Positions 6,735 to 21,123 of a stretch of DNA of 64,000 nt are shown one piece after another. A program made the translations under genes and the position numbers. This stretch comes from Basidiobolus meristosporus CBS 931.73 (taxonomy: Eukaryota > Fungi > Basidiobolomycota): NCBI GenBank assembly GCA_002104905.1, contig MCFE01000007.1:1-64000 (forward strand), in the 5' to 3' direction. Numbering within the stretch: position 1 is the first letter of the stretch; each line of letters begins with the position of its first letter. A model generated the notes under the pieces. That model searched no databases and had not been told where the DNA came from. It was given only the letters and a program-made list of their open reading frames with translations.

Positions 6735-7333
6735 GGTTTCACCCCGAGCTCATGTCATGCATTTTCCTCTGCATCAGTGCTCTAAGACCTGTTCATTCTC
6801 AGATGGGTGATTATATTCTGGCGGCCAATAATTTATCCTACTCTTCACATCAACCTCCTGGAGCTAAATCCGTTCTCTCATCTACGAAATGCACACCCAC
6901 CTGATCTGAGCTCCCCAATCCATCTGGTCAATAAAGCTCAAATGAATTTGGTTCATATGCTAGATTTAGAAGGATACTCAGATTTTTCATGACATCATTT
7001 GGTAGTTTTGATATCACTCAGACGTATGCTGATGTCTGTGATATATGTATTAGGAAGTGTGGCGACTAAAGTGTTATATCTGAGTATCTTTTATGGCAGC
7101 CAGTTAACATATTGTCCATTCTACCCCTTAGAATACTCCTGATGCAACGTGTTGGAATGCAGCACTTTCAGAGTACTCTAAATGCTAATATTCATTATAT
7201 ATAGTTGGGGCTTCAAAAAGCGAAGTATCCCCTACAATCCAAATATAAATATCTCCCCAATCCTCGTCGGACTTGTAAACTCTCTCCGCGAGCGCTACAA
7301 TTGTGTGGGTGATCTATTGTATATATTGTTCCA

Positions 7334-10252
7334 ATGAATGACTCAGTAGCATCGTTCGTATCGTCCCTGCTGTTTAACTTGGGGACGGCTGGAGGACTTT
7401 ATGCGGCGTATTCTGTGGTACGCCACCTCGATCGCAGCATATACGAGCCAAGAACATATATGGTGGAAGAGGAGTAAGGATATCCATTACAACTTACTTC
7501 ACAGTGTCAATTCTTAGAAACCATTATCACTCAGGAAACGACCACCGAGATTAGGAAGAAGCCCATTTGCGTGGATTATATCCGTATACAAAACACCTGA
7601 TAGGATCCTTCTGCAACGGGTTGGCTTGGACGCATTCGTTTTCCTCCGATTCATAAGGATGTGCCTTACCATATCTGCCATAATGACTATTGTGTCTTTG
7701 GTTGTACTTCTACCTGTAAATACTATGAACAAGGGCAATGGTCGTGGTATGAACTATTTTAGCATCAGCAATGTCACCAAGCCATCCAATTTTTGGGCCC
7801 ATGTCGTACTGAACTATCTGTTCACCGGTATGATGTTGAAGTAACCCTCCCTGATATCGCTGCTAACTGACCTACGTTTTGTGCAGGAATTATCCTTTAC
7901 TTCATGTATAGGGAAACTAGTGAATATATCAGGCTACGACAGCAGTATTTAATGAGCCCTGACCATCAAAACAACCCAATGGCGTCTACAGTTCTAATAA
8001 CCGGTATACCCGACAAGCTTAATAACCCCGAGAGCCTGGCGAAGGTTTTTTCACTATACCCAGGAGGTATCCGAAGGATTTTCATCAACAAGTAAGATTC
8101 TACAAACGGGCTGGGATATCGTATCGTATCGACTAAACCAAGCATTGTGTAGAAATGCCAGCAAACTCAACAAGGATGTTATCAAACGCCGCAATATTCT
8201 GGGCAAGCTTGAGCAAGTGGAATCGGATTTCATAATGGACTGTTTGAAGGATCCCACCAAAACACATAAGCGGCCTACACATCGCCCCGGCTGGATCCCG
8301 TTTAGAGGACCCAAGGTCGACTCCATAGATTATTACAAACAAGAGTTGGCAAAAATCAATGCGCATATCCTCGAGCAGCAAAAAGATCCATCCAGGTTTT
8401 CTCGTAGAGCGTCTGCTTTCATTACATTCCGGTCCCAGATTTCGGCTCACTTGGCGGTACAAGCGCTAGCATACAATAAACCACTAGTTATGGAAGGCAG
8501 ATATCTCGAAGTCAATCCCGAGGAGGTTATATGGGAGAATCTTAACATGTTTTCCCTTGAGAGATATTTCCGTAAGGCAATAGCAATTGGCTCCGGAGCT
8601 GGACTGGTTATCTGTTGGTTTATTCCAAGTATGTCCCAAAAATTGCAACAGTAAGCATACTCTTACAAGACGAAACTAACAGTTAAATCTTTCTAGCCGC
8701 TTTTGTGACCTTCCTGTTCAATATTAACCGGCTTGCTGGAGTGATACCGCCATTGAAAGGTATTACCGAATGGAGCCCAGCAATCATTGGCATCATCCAG
8801 GGTATATTACCATCCTTGGGCATGTCTCTCTTGATGAATCTTCTCCCCCACGTTTTGTCAAGTAAGTTGCCTGTAATTATTTTTCGTCCCGAAGAGTTAT
8901 TGACACGGCTATAGTAATCTCTCGGTTTGAAGGATTGGTCCGTGATAGCGACATTCAAATATCAGTCATGTCCAAATACTTCTTTTTTCTGGTACCTTAA
9001 CGCTTCTACCATACATTCTAAACATATCACTTATTTTAACATATTATAGATCATCAACGTATTACTGGTCAATACATTTGTTGGTGGAATTTTCAATAGC
9101 TTGGAGGAGCTTAGCAAGAACCCGAGCGCAATAATAGATCGCCTTGCCACAAACCTTCCCAACTCATCTACGTTTTTCATCACCTACGTGATTCTAAATG
9201 GGCTCTCTGGAGGAGCTAAAGAACTCTTGCAAGCAGTTCCATTCTTATTAAGATTTGTAACAACCTCTCTACTACCGAAAACTCCTCGTAAATTGACCAA
9301 GTTGAAAGCTATGCCTCGAATCCAATGGGGCATTTTCTTTCCCCAACATACCCTGGTGTTCGTCATTGGTAAGAGTGTATCTGGAATGGCGTTACCAACA
9401 CCCTTTTTTTGGAAAGTATTAATAGCAATTTCTCTGTTTTAAGGCACTGTATACTCCACCATCGCACCATTACTGCTGATTTTCGTCACCCTGTATTTCC
9501 TGATATTCTACTTTGTGTACCACCACCAATTCCAATATGTCTACGATTTTAGCAAATTCCAATCGGGTGGCCTTCTGCTTCCCAAAGCCATGTATCAGAT
9601 GTTTGTTGGCCTATACATCTTCCATCTGACTTTGGCTGGGTTGGTCTCAGCCAAAGGGGCTTATGCGCAGCTGGTTATGCAAATAATCCTACTGGTTATT
9701 ACCATTGCAGCTAATCTCTATGGTCTACGCGGGTTTGGACCGTTGATCAAGTATCTCCCCATAAATGTTGTGGAAGACTCATCTCTTGTTGGACTGACAG
9801 CGGAGCGGGCAAGTGAGGAAGGATATGCCGAAACAATCAGTAGCATGAGAACGGACTCAGATTCGTCAATTATTCAAATGCAGCCACTAGGAAACGGTGA
9901 AAAGGAAGAGAAATTTGAACACGAGTCGTTTACGGGGAGCTCTCACGACTCCATGCAGCCTACGCTATATGTTAGTAAGCCCAGGGTAAGGTCCAAGGTC
10001 CCGGGACCGCCAATATATAACCAAGGACCTGACTCGGCATTCTTACACCCGGCACTCCGTGATCCTGTTCCAATTGTATGGCTACCGAAAGATACATTGG
10101 GGATTGCCGATAAAGAGGTGCATTCCTTGGAAATGCATGGCCAACCGGCCACTACTGAGTATTCATCTATAGACAATATTACCGGAAATATCCGGGTATC
10201 TATATGGACTGCCCCTTCCCTGCTGCACCTACAGCACTCCCACCACCGATGA
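7334..10252 (+). CDS. CSC1/OSCA/TMEM63-family (RSN1/PHM7-like, DUF221) calcium-permeable stress-gated channel, multi-exon
   Basis: N-terminal TM followed by YEPRTY; GLDAFVFLRFIRM, ASTVLITGIP, SAFITFRSQISA, PEEVIWENL, LPNSSTFFITYV and SGGLLLPKA; GT-AG introns link the ORF pieces. Confidence 0.92.
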
Positions 10253-13200
10253 TATGTGTTGTTGCTACGCATATACCACTTTGAGGCCACTCTATATATA
10301 ATATATCGAGCATCCTTGAAATTTAGCATCTCTGATTTCTACTTGCGTCTCCGGTAAGAAAGATACAAGGCTGAGCCACATTCTCTCGATCCACAACAAA
10401 GATAGTGGCATTGATACGGTTAAGGTGTGAGCTTCATATCGATCGATAACTACTTACCACGCTCATATATACTTTTATGTCGACCTGTCAGTATGCGTCA
10501 CATCGGTTAATTGAAGACATATGTATAGATGCCGAGTATTGTGGTGTTCAACCGAGAATCTACCGTTTAGAAATAAACAATGTATGTGGGAAGCACAAAT
10601 CCAGGCTGTGATATGGAATGGTATTTGTTGAAAGTTTGGCATGATTAGAAGCTCACTACTACAAAATTTCCGAGGAGAAAATATCTTGCAAGATATCGGA
10701 ATATATTTACCAATAACAACCAAGAGGCTAATATCATTGGAGGTGAACTAACCATTTCGAAGGTAGTGCCCGAGATAAGCACATGAGAATAGGAGGCTAC
10801 TGGATGCTATCAGGTAATATATTGATGGAACACCTCAACGATTAGTGTAGGACCTGTGGTCTCGAAAATGGTGGCTCTATAGTTCTAGGATCGAATCTAC
10901 CACTAAATCTTGGAGTAACCTACCAAACCCTTGTTGCAGAAATGTTTATCAGATATATTATCTCATAGCACCTGCAATGCAACATAAACTTCAAGATTCG
11001 ACAATTCCGTAACAAAAAGGCATGGTTTTGAGAACTTCGCCCGATGGGGAGCGGGTATTGTGAAGGATAATACCTGAATACCGAAGAGAACGTCAAATGT
11101 CTTGGATCAAAACAATATAGGTATTGGATTGGTAGTGTTGATTGCACAACTGTCGCGTAACTAATTGGTACTCCAATCGTTTCCCGCTTGGAAAGGTAGT
11201 ACAATCATAAGCAAACCTAGAACACGACACATCAGCCTGAGTGGAATATCGAATTGAAAATCCTGGGCATATTTCTTTTCGGAAATGCAGTGATATTAGT
11301 GCCTTCGGGCCGTAGCGCTGATGATTGTGCAAGTAATCTTAGAGTGGCTTCCAACAACCGATTTCCGATATCGACGCACAGTTAGTGTGCTCGATTATCT
11401 CTGATTTGTGAAGATGGTGGATTGATGACTCTCATTGCCAGGGCAATGGTGACCTACCATCTTGAGTGGACTCAGGCCTCGAAGGCACAAGACCTTACTT
11501 GAGATCCAGATTATCATTCTGCCTGCTCGCCACCATCTAACCAAGCACACCATTAGTCTTACGCTCTTGCAGAGATGTGTCAGAAACTCTGCTTCGATAA
11601 GGGTCTGGAAATTCCAGGTTGAAGAGGCATACGGTCAGCCATAGTGGCCTCAAGAGCCATCGGTCTAGAATATAATTTCAATTTATTGCATTCTACACTA
11701 CATCACACATTCTATGAACTTGGCAAACTAGCTGAATTCAGGGACAGTCCTGTATACATTACTTGGTGGGATTCCGAGCCCGACCCTCAGCCCAATGATT
11801 GGCCAGTCTCTGTAGGTCATTTGTGGGACGAACCTTCAAAGCCTTGGTCATATTACTTGCACGCAACTATGGAAATGACATTCGTAGCACAAAGTCTAAC
11901 CAGTTTTCATTTAAAAATGGTAGAACAGTCAAATGTTCACCATACATGTTAGGCATTGCAGACACGTGGCTCATTGGGGAGTATAGTTGGTCCATCGCAT
12001 TGGAATATTTGTTATGAGGTAATAGAGGGTTTGGAATGGGGGGCCCTAAAAATAGGCATTTTTTTCACATGCCTTATCTCGGGTTATCATTGGCCGTCTA
12101 GAGAGATGCTAAGTAGCGAGGAATAAGCCGTTGTCGGAGATCTGTGATCGGATACTCTACAGATCTTCCTCAACCCGATCCAGTGGTAATGTTATCAACA
12201 CAAGCGACATCAGTACTTACAACGCTTTAAACTCTCCTCCTAGCTCCTTTAAGGTTGCATTGGTATTGTAGATCAGAAGCACTACAGCCTTTGCTTGCAT
12301 TTCACAACGTCTAGTAGTATTTAGACCCTTAGATGGCCAGATTAGGCGGTAAACAAGCTTCGTTTCCTGAGTATAATCACTTTGTGTGTAGGATGTTTCA
12401 GTGAGTGCTCTTCATCGGAAGTGATCGCCTGAAATCGATTTCAATGGTTACTAAATGAAGGCGCTTCGGCAATTTTTCGCTACATGTCATACTAATAGAA
12501 AAGCTAAGCCCACATGGGAGATTCTGAAGGAATATTCCGGACTTGTATGTACGCTCCTGATTCAAGTTTTTTTGACTCACGTGAAATAGGGAATGTCAGC
12601 AATTCACATATGCTCAAGAGTGGCTCGTAGTCTCGCCATTAATTGTGAGGGGGCCTGCTCCTGAGAAACTTTAATATGCTTGAGTGATCTGGTAAGCATG
12701 GGCCTTTTGCCTAATTCGCCAAGGTTTGCCGTACTAGATTTGGCGACGAAATATACCTCCAAATCCCACCCATGTACAATGACAGATATAGTAAGCATTA
12801 ATAAGGTACCGAGATTGAGTACACGCTTCAGCCAATCCCTTCAAATGACTCCAGCAGTCCAATGGTGTACTTCGAAGATGATCTAATATTCGCTATTTGG
12901 ATTTCCCATGCCTAATATATGTAGTGTGGCTTTCCTAAGTGGGCCCAGGATATGAATGTCACGGTTACTTCTCATTCTCGCTGTATTCTCGTCCTTGCCG
13001 TTTTGAGTCAGACACAGGCTGTTCCAGTTGACAACAAATAGCATAGCCGTAGGTAGAGCTACAAATTCTCTCATTGCTGGTGTATGAGCTTCTCTGGGGC
13101 AATGGGTTTATTTTCCGATTCCAAACTCGCACTTGAGTGATTTATTGCCTTCGACATGGCACTTGGGCCAGCTGCTGCTTTATGTACTCCCCTTAAGCAA

Positions 13201-14217
13201 ATTCGGCGCCAGTCATTTCAATATCTCTGATGTTGATAGTAGCACTCCTCGCCTTAGTGACTCGCCAATTCCATTTGTTATGAGCTTTGTGACATGTGTA
13301 ATAAATCATCATCTGTACCCAAAATTGATGATTTTTCCGTACCACGGTTTTCCAGGCCTACAGTGACATAATTAGATCCCTTGCTCTCTTACCAATAGAG
13401 GAATGGGACCAATTTTTAGAGTAAAGATTGAGTACAAGGTGACCATCATTAGCCAATAGTTTGGCAGGTTTGAGCCATGCAAAGATGGTGAAAACCCATA
13501 GGGAATGTGAGATCTTAAATCCCCAACTACTTGGAACTCTTGCATCTCTTCGTAGGTTGGGTGTACTCGATGAAACAAACAAAGTAGGGGGCTTGAGTGA
13601 ATACCTGTGGCCCATGTATTGAACCGCCAGTGTCTGTTTATTCATCTGGTTCCGTTTGGGCGTGCGGTGAGCTAACGGTTGGGTGCATATTGGGATGCAA
13701 TCAGCGTCTCACGAAAGTCTCGTCACATTCTAATCAGTCAGTGTTACTTGACCCTATCTTGAGCCTCTTTCGTCAGAAGAAATATTGCATGTACAAATAC
13801 AACCACGAAGGGGGCTCATAGATTTTGCATACACCCTGGAATATGAAGCAACTGGTAAAGAATAAGGGTCAGAATAAATTCTAGCCATTTAAAGTTTATA
13901 TTTGTTTCATTATTGTTAATTGTACTTATTTACATTTCCTGTACGCCATTTCTTCCTAGATAAGCATGCCATTGATAAAAGCTGGCTATACCAAGAGATC
14001 AATAGAATTAAACTTTCGGATTCCGATAATTGATAGCCTCTTATCATCCAATTGATCCGAGGAGCCAATCAGCTACTCCCAACTGATCATGAGCCCAGCT
14101 CACCAATAACCAGAGAAGAGTTAAAGTGATATTTCAAGGCCTCCAAGCTCCCTAACTTTTCACGCTTCACTATTCTATATCACTCAGGCAATACTCACAC
14201 CAGGGAAGCTTGAAGTC

Positions 14218-16196
14218 ATGGATCCTTCTTTGCAGGCATCATATGATTTCTCCGAGTTTGATCTCAATCTTATGAACGAGTTTAGTCTCGACAACTCAGA
14301 GCTCCATATGTTACCTCATAACCACTCACAACCTCACCTGCTACATAATCAATTTAGCCACACAATAGACAAGGCTACTCACTTTCTACAGCCAGAAACA
14401 CCAAATACCCAACCCGCAGTCGAGCAATTTCAATATCCTCACCACCAGCCAACTCCAGCCCAACCAACACAGAGCTATGTTGAGCGTGAAGGATATCAAC
14501 AGGAGCAGCAATATCAAAATACTTCGCTAGCGTTCTCTACTACTATGAACGCGAATGTTATGCCTAGTCCACTATTTACTGCAACTCAGCGAAGTAACAA
14601 TGTACAACAGCTCCCAACACCAAGCAGCTCCGGTCAGCTTATTGGCAGCAACGACTGCACCTTTATGTCTCCTTTTACCTTTTTCGACCAAACCGGTGCT
14701 ATCGTGGAGGAAGGCATAGACGAGGACGAGGTACCAGAGTTTGGCTTCCGTAGGACAGTGGAATGTTACTAAATTGGTACATTTTCAAATATAGTTATTG
14801 TTCACACCATTAGTATCTCCGGCCATGACTCCATCCCAGCCCTTCTCGAACTCTCTCTCTGCCTCACTAGTCACTGAGACATTTTCCCCACTCACCTCCC
14901 CTGCTCTTGGGCCTAATCATGCAAAGTACACTCGTAGCTATAGCAGCATTCCAAACCTGAACCTAGGTAGCTCGCTAATGCATACCATGATTCAGCCACC
15001 GCCCCCACGTTCAAAATCGTTGCTAAGTAACAATGAAGAACAAAAGGCTATAGACAAATCGGTAGCCACAAAGGTCAATGGTAAAATTAAAACTCCCGCA
15101 TCGAGAGCTGTTACCCAGCGAAAACGTCCTTATCCAGAACGGCGCTTTTCGGCTACCCCTTCTTCGCTGAGCACATCAACTACTCTTTCCGCAGGATCGA
15201 CTGGTAAATTTGTTGTACTACTTCTATCCAGGTAATCGACACTAATCGCCAAACTTGCAGAGACTGAAAAATCAAATGAAGAGTCCGTGGTTTCACCAAT
15301 AACGCCGGCTTCTCTAATGAAACTAGATGGAAATCAAACTATCCGAAAGGCATCTGGAGGTGCACCCAGGCCATCTCCAGTTCAGCTGCCACTCACCTCA
15401 CCTTCACTGGGTCCTTCCCTAATGATGTCGCCTACGATGTGTACTACTCCGACCTCCCCAGCAGTCACAAGTGCCTTCAAATCACCAGGCCTTCAACCAC
15501 TTATCAGTCCAAATCTGAAGCCGTTACTACCTGGAGGTAAGTTGCGGACCTCACCATTAAAGTGACCTTGAAGCTCATCCGAACGCACTAGGGGGAACCA
15601 ACGATGTTGCTCTAAAGCTTGCAACCAAATCCAATTATCAGAACATTCTGGAAGGAAACTCAACGTAAGTATAAGATTGGTGAGATCTCCTAATCTCGAA
15701 CTGACTTTTTGAACGAATTCTTAGCTCTCTGGGACTAAGGTATAACACTGATATACATTCCGGTATTGAACTACGACGAACAAGTCACAAAGCAGCAGAG
15801 CAAAAGCGCCGCGACTCGCTTAAACAGTGCTTCGAAAATCTGAGAAGCGTGATACCCGAGATCGAGGAAAAAGCACCCAGCAAAGCCTACCTGCTGAAGA
15901 AATGTCAGTTAACTTTGATACCGATTTCATTTCACTGCAGTAGACTAAAGTGAGACTTTCTTTTAGCATACGACCACATCCTCACTCTGGAGACGCAGGT
16001 TAGGGAACGTGACCAATATATCACCATGCTACGGGATCAGCTCCAATCCAATGGAATAGCCCCACTAGATGGCGAAGTAGGGAAATCTGAAATGCCAAGT
16101 AGTGAAGACAGCCATCAATGTATCCCCATGAATGCTATATCCGCACTAGAATCATCTGACATACCTCTCACAACCAACGCATCTACGGTGAAATGA
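14218..16196 (+). CDS. bHLH transcription factor, Pho4/NUC-1/PalcA-like, multi-exon
   Basis: ATKSNYQNILEG motif, then ELRRTSHKAAEQKRRDSLKQCFENLRSVIP...SKAYLLKK (15770-15900); SP-rich low-complexity N-terminus. Confidence 0.8.
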
Positions 16197-18137
16197 AGGC
16201 CATGTTTTCGCCACGGCGCCATAGGCCTATTGTGTAGCAAAAGCTTGGCCGAAATATAGCGATTTCCACCCTCTTGCGGAGATCATCTAACCAAGAGGTA
16301 TATGTTTCTATTGAGTTTATTTACCGCCGAACGAGGCAATGTAAATTCAATGCAGCAGATATAGCGACTGCCGCCATCACCAATCCCATATATGCATAGT
16401 TTGATGAACATCCTCTAGGAAGAGTTCTAGTTCAAATGCCCTTCAAAGACTCGGGAAATGTATAAATCATAATTGAAAGTGAGCTATTGCATACCCCCAC
16501 TCCATGTATTGAATTCACTTGAGTTTGTTTGAATTGCTGTGCTTTAGATTCCCAACGAGGCAGATAGTATCAATTTCACGCCGATACCCCTTGATTTGTA
16601 TGTATCTTTGACATTTGTACATTGGCTTCATTCAGTTCCAACGTTTCATAATCATATTTGCGTTGGAACAACTCACATCAGTAAATCTACACATAGCTGT
16701 ATGATCAGCCGACATTAGGAAATGGCACCTCCCAACATTGTAAATCATCAGCTATTTAGGAGCATCAACCTCACCTTATCTGGCTCTGAGTGTCAGATCC
16801 GATAGGTGAAGCTAGATTCGGAGCAAGAACGAGCCCTAGCCAATTAGGCTACGTAATAGGGGTTATCTCTCGGATAATTCGAGAGAACAAGGAAATCCAT
16901 GACATTACGGCTTAGATAGATGTGAGAATTATCGGTGAGTGCGATTTCCCCCGAGGGCCTCTCAGATTAAATTTCCCGTTGTTCAACCATAAGTTTGTCT
17001 TTCCAGTTTAAGAAACTATCCATGTTACCATGGGTTTGTACTTGGGCTTTTGATTGGTCATTTAGGTCATTGTTAATAGGGATTTATGCCATAATTACCC
17101 TACATGAGATCAACTCTGCGCCCCACTTTCCATCTACCCCTATTATCGCCTTCCATGTTGGCGCAAGGAAAGGGACGACTTCGTGGAGATGTTGTCTCAT
17201 TCAGTCCTATAAGAGGATTCATGTGGGCCTTCCAACCCATTAACCTCAACAGCATCTCTATGCGTTCTGTGTACATCCTCATGCAGTAGTGCACTGTTGA
17301 TTGATGTTGGATATTAACCGCTGATTTAGGAGGACGCGGAGCCGATGGCTGGTGGGACGAAGAAGCTTCTCGAATTCAGCAATCATCGGAAAGGCAGCAA
17401 TAGCGGGCCCTGAGGATCCAAGTGCCCACAGTCTGAAGCATATTTAGGCTTTACATAACACCGTCCTCACCCTTTTGGTTAGCTAGAATCCGAGCATCAT
17501 ATGATACCAGAACACGATTCTGATAATCATGTAGGCTTGATTGTCTGGATTTGCAAGATTCCGACAAGTGTCGCCTGATGTAAAAATGACCAAGACTGAA
17601 TTCCCACTGCATCACCGTGTTGCTTACATGGGCCAGAGATTCACGTGTCTCGGCAATTGGCTCAGAGTGGACGTTGGGTTACATTTATATGGATTAGCTT
17701 TTGAAGAACATTCTCTAGTTCTCTGAGGGGTTCTGCTTTGCAACGATCTTGAATCATTCGGGTAATCAGATCTCTTGAGAGCATTCTGGACGTGTGCGTG
17801 GTAGTTGACTCCAGCCGAGATTCTTACCTCATCCTGACGACGTTTGTTACCGCGGCGCGCTCATAACCATCAATAGCCGGGTAGTAGCAAGGGATTGCCC
17901 ATTTGATCACACCGTCATACCCTCTGCAGGGATTTAACAAATAGTCGGATATGGATGTGGTTAATGTGATCTGGTTGTGGATTACAAATGCAGGAATGCT
18001 CATGACTTGGTTCTATCATTTTGTTCACAACAATGAGCTGTCCGAAAAGACCATAACTGGTGAGATGCTTCTGATTGATGGATCAGGAAAAAAGCGTGTT
18101 TTAATAAACCGTTGCTATCTATCCCTAGGCGATGGAA

Positions 18138-19122
18138 CTACATGGTATTCACCAAAGCCCTCGTGATTTCAGAAACAACAGGCAGGCAGGGGATGTCGAA
18201 CTTGAGATTCGCAATGTCATCAGCTCGTGTTTTGCCTAGGTTGACTATGGCCACTGGAACTTGACGTTCTCTGGCTGCCTTAACTATTCTGTATGAGGAA
18301 AGAGTGGATAAGGTGGTGCCTAGGACTAGTACTGCGTCGCTATTCCTTTCCATGGATTGGGCTCGTGTGGCCGTCTCGATATCCAGGTTGTCCCCGAAAA
18401 AGACGACAGATGGCTTCAATATACCATGGCATTGGTCACACTTGGGATAGGAAAATCTTGTATACGAAAAGTCACCAAGCTCAACGTCACCGTCGGGATT
18501 CATGTGGGGAAATTCACCTTTGGCCTGGAAACCTCTCAAAATTAGCTCCACTTCCGGGTTCATACGGGATAGCTCCATTTGGATTTGTTCTCGGCCATAG
18601 GTCCGTTTGCATTCAATGCAGTTCACCCTTTGTATGTTTCCGTGGAGTTCTAACAGGTTTTCAGTCCCCGCTTCCCGGTGCAGGTTATCAACATTCTGGG
18701 TAATTAAGCCGTTGGTGATGCCGGTTTTCTCTAGTTCTGTAATCGACCTATGAATATCGTTTGGCTTTGCACGAGTCATTTGAGAGTACCCGATGAAGGA
18801 GCGAGCCCAGTACCGCTGACGGGAGGTATGGTTTGATACAAACTGTTGGTGGAATATGGGTTTGTAGTTTTTGTTGGTTACATAGGTGCCCTCAGCTCCT
18901 CGATAGTCAGGGATCCCTGAATCGGTGCTGACTCCTTTGAGCACGTCAAGTAACAGAGATAATGTTAGTGACCTAAATGCAAGCCTCTGCTAACGGGGCG
19001 GTTTACAGAAGGTTGAACTTACCTGCTCCGGTAATCACCAAAATCCGCCCGACATTTGGTTTGATAAAGTCAAGCAGCTTAGTTGCTTCAGTGGTTACTT
19101 TTGCCCGTGGAACTGGAAACAT
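18138..19122 (-). CDS. Class II sirtuin (SIRT4-like NAD-dependent deacylase)
   Basis: VITGAG|VSTDSGIPDYRG, RQRYWARSFIGY, ITQNVDNLH, ELHG, CxxC...CxxC and LKPSVVFFG; one intron at ~18937-19022. Confidence 0.92.
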
Positions 19123-19699
19123 ATACACAATGAAAAGCTAAGAACAAGGACAAGAATAAGAACAGTAACAGTAACAGTAACAAGTGGACTAGCGTCCTAG
19201 ATTAGAAATAAAGGAGTGCTGGTCCAATTAAACAATAAGAGTCATTTAGAGATGGTGCTCATTATTGGAGGAAAGACATCGCTTGGACGATTTTCAGCAA
19301 TCTTACATAATCCATTGTGGTCATTGATAAGCGGACGACTGATCACACGACTGTACTCCCCGCCAAATTACAAAGATGAGATGGACACTATGTGTGGATT
19401 TCACTGCGGCTAAACGGGCGGGTGTAGTTTGGCTTATATCGGACCCTTTCGATACGATGGAGTACTGTAGTAGTTACAACCTCCGGACCAGACGGATCAA
19501 TGCTACTCAGACACGTCTATTTGACTGCAGAAGTTATGGAGATTATGCAAAGGTCGAGTCAACCCGATTTCTTCAGGGATGTTAATCAAGAATATTCATT
19601 TGACCAAAGATTTTGCTGGCACCAGCACAAAACAGTGGGTGATTTTCAGAAAACAATAGGGATTTTATTTGTATCCATAAACATCATTGTGAGACACCT

Positions 19700-20727
19700 A
19701 TGGAGAAGTTCGCCCAAAATCTATCTCAACAAGAGGAAGAGGTGCTGGCCTTATCCTCAATATATGGCGATCTGTTTACAAAAGAGCAGGACTCCGAGAG
19801 TTCTTACCTGTGCAGGGTACCTTTACAAACCGAGGAAGATTGGTACCGGGAGGTGAAAGTTAGAATCCATTTCCCACCTACTTATCCTTCGGATGAACCA
19901 CCTTTGCTAGAGCTTGTGCGTGGGAACCCTCGTTTTATGGATCATTTGACCTCCAAAGAGTTCTACGTTGATGACGACACCTTAAAGGAGCTTCTTGAAG
20001 GGCTATCTCAACTATGGGAGAATTGTGAGGTGGTGTTCACTTGGATAGAATGGATCAAGGAGTTTCTCGAAGAACGTTTAAGAGAAAAGGTCGAGCTATG
20101 GAAGCAAGAATTACAAGAGTTACCCGAGGAAAAGGAGCAGGCGGTGGTCGACTATGACCAGATTGATGAGGATGAGGAGGTTGCAGATGGCAAACCTTCC
20201 ACGGGAGCCGACAAGCCAGTAAATTGCCCCGAGATCTTTTCTGGCGAACCCTTGGTAGATCGCAAGAGTGTCTTTGTAGCCCATGTCGCCACGGTTAGAA
20301 GCGTCGAGGAGGTTAAGGCGGTGATGCAAACACTTTTGCAGGATAAGAAGGTCGCCCGCGCCACTCATAATATGTCCGCGTACAGAATTGTTCAAGAGGG
20401 GGATATCATGCTACAGGGTAAACACTACACATACACACTCACACAATAAGCTCATGTTGTATATGGATACTCATGGCTTGGCATATAGACAACGACGACG
20501 ATGGCGAAACCGCCGCTGGGAGACGTCTTCTGCATCTGATGCAAATATTGGATGTCAAAAACGTATTTGTGGTTGTGAGCAGATGGTACGGAGGAATCCC
20601 GCTACACGCTGACCGATTCAAGGACATAAATAACTGCGCCAGAGACCTGCTTGAGCAATGCGGTTACATCGAGGAGGAATCGTCCGATAAGAAGGCCTCA
20701 AAGTCCAAGAAGAAAGGTAAGAAATAG
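19700..20727 (+). CDS. YIH1: IMPACT/Yih1 (RWD + UPF0029 domains)
   Basis: RWD FPPTYPSDEPP; DRKSVFVAH, ATHNMSAYRI and DDDGETAAGRRLLHLM, VVVSRWYGG; intron at ~20418-20483. Confidence 0.93.
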
Positions 20728-21123
20728 ACTACCGCTCTGGGTCAAAGTTGCTGGATTGTTACGGAGATATATTTAAAGCCATAGCCGGTAACATGAAATA
20801 AATCCTCTTGGTAAAAGGATAGGTAACCTCAATCTGCCTAACAGTTGTACGCTAATTTCGCTACCAATAGACGAACTGACGACTCGAGCTATACAACTGA
20901 CATTGTAGCTTCATTTAGAACAACATTAGTTAGTAGATCATGTTTAACATCTATGGGAGGGAAGTACACGCGGTGTTGTAAACAAAAGGAATCTTATTCT
21001 AAGCGACCTTGTCAAGTGTGGCGTCAAAAAGAGATCGATGTGTTATTGATATTATAAGAGATAGGATGAAATGATACAAATAAAGCTCTTTGAAGTATGT
21101 TCTACCAGAAAACATTCAAGAAT

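Noticed and set aside
7334-16196. PHM7-like channel next to a Pho4-like factor as a phosphate regulon cluster
   Set aside because: The genes are 4 kb apart, both families are common, and nothing in the sequence links them.
19164-19185. (AACAGT)n short tandem repeat upstream of the sirtuin
   Set aside because: An ordinary microsatellite of about 3.5 units.
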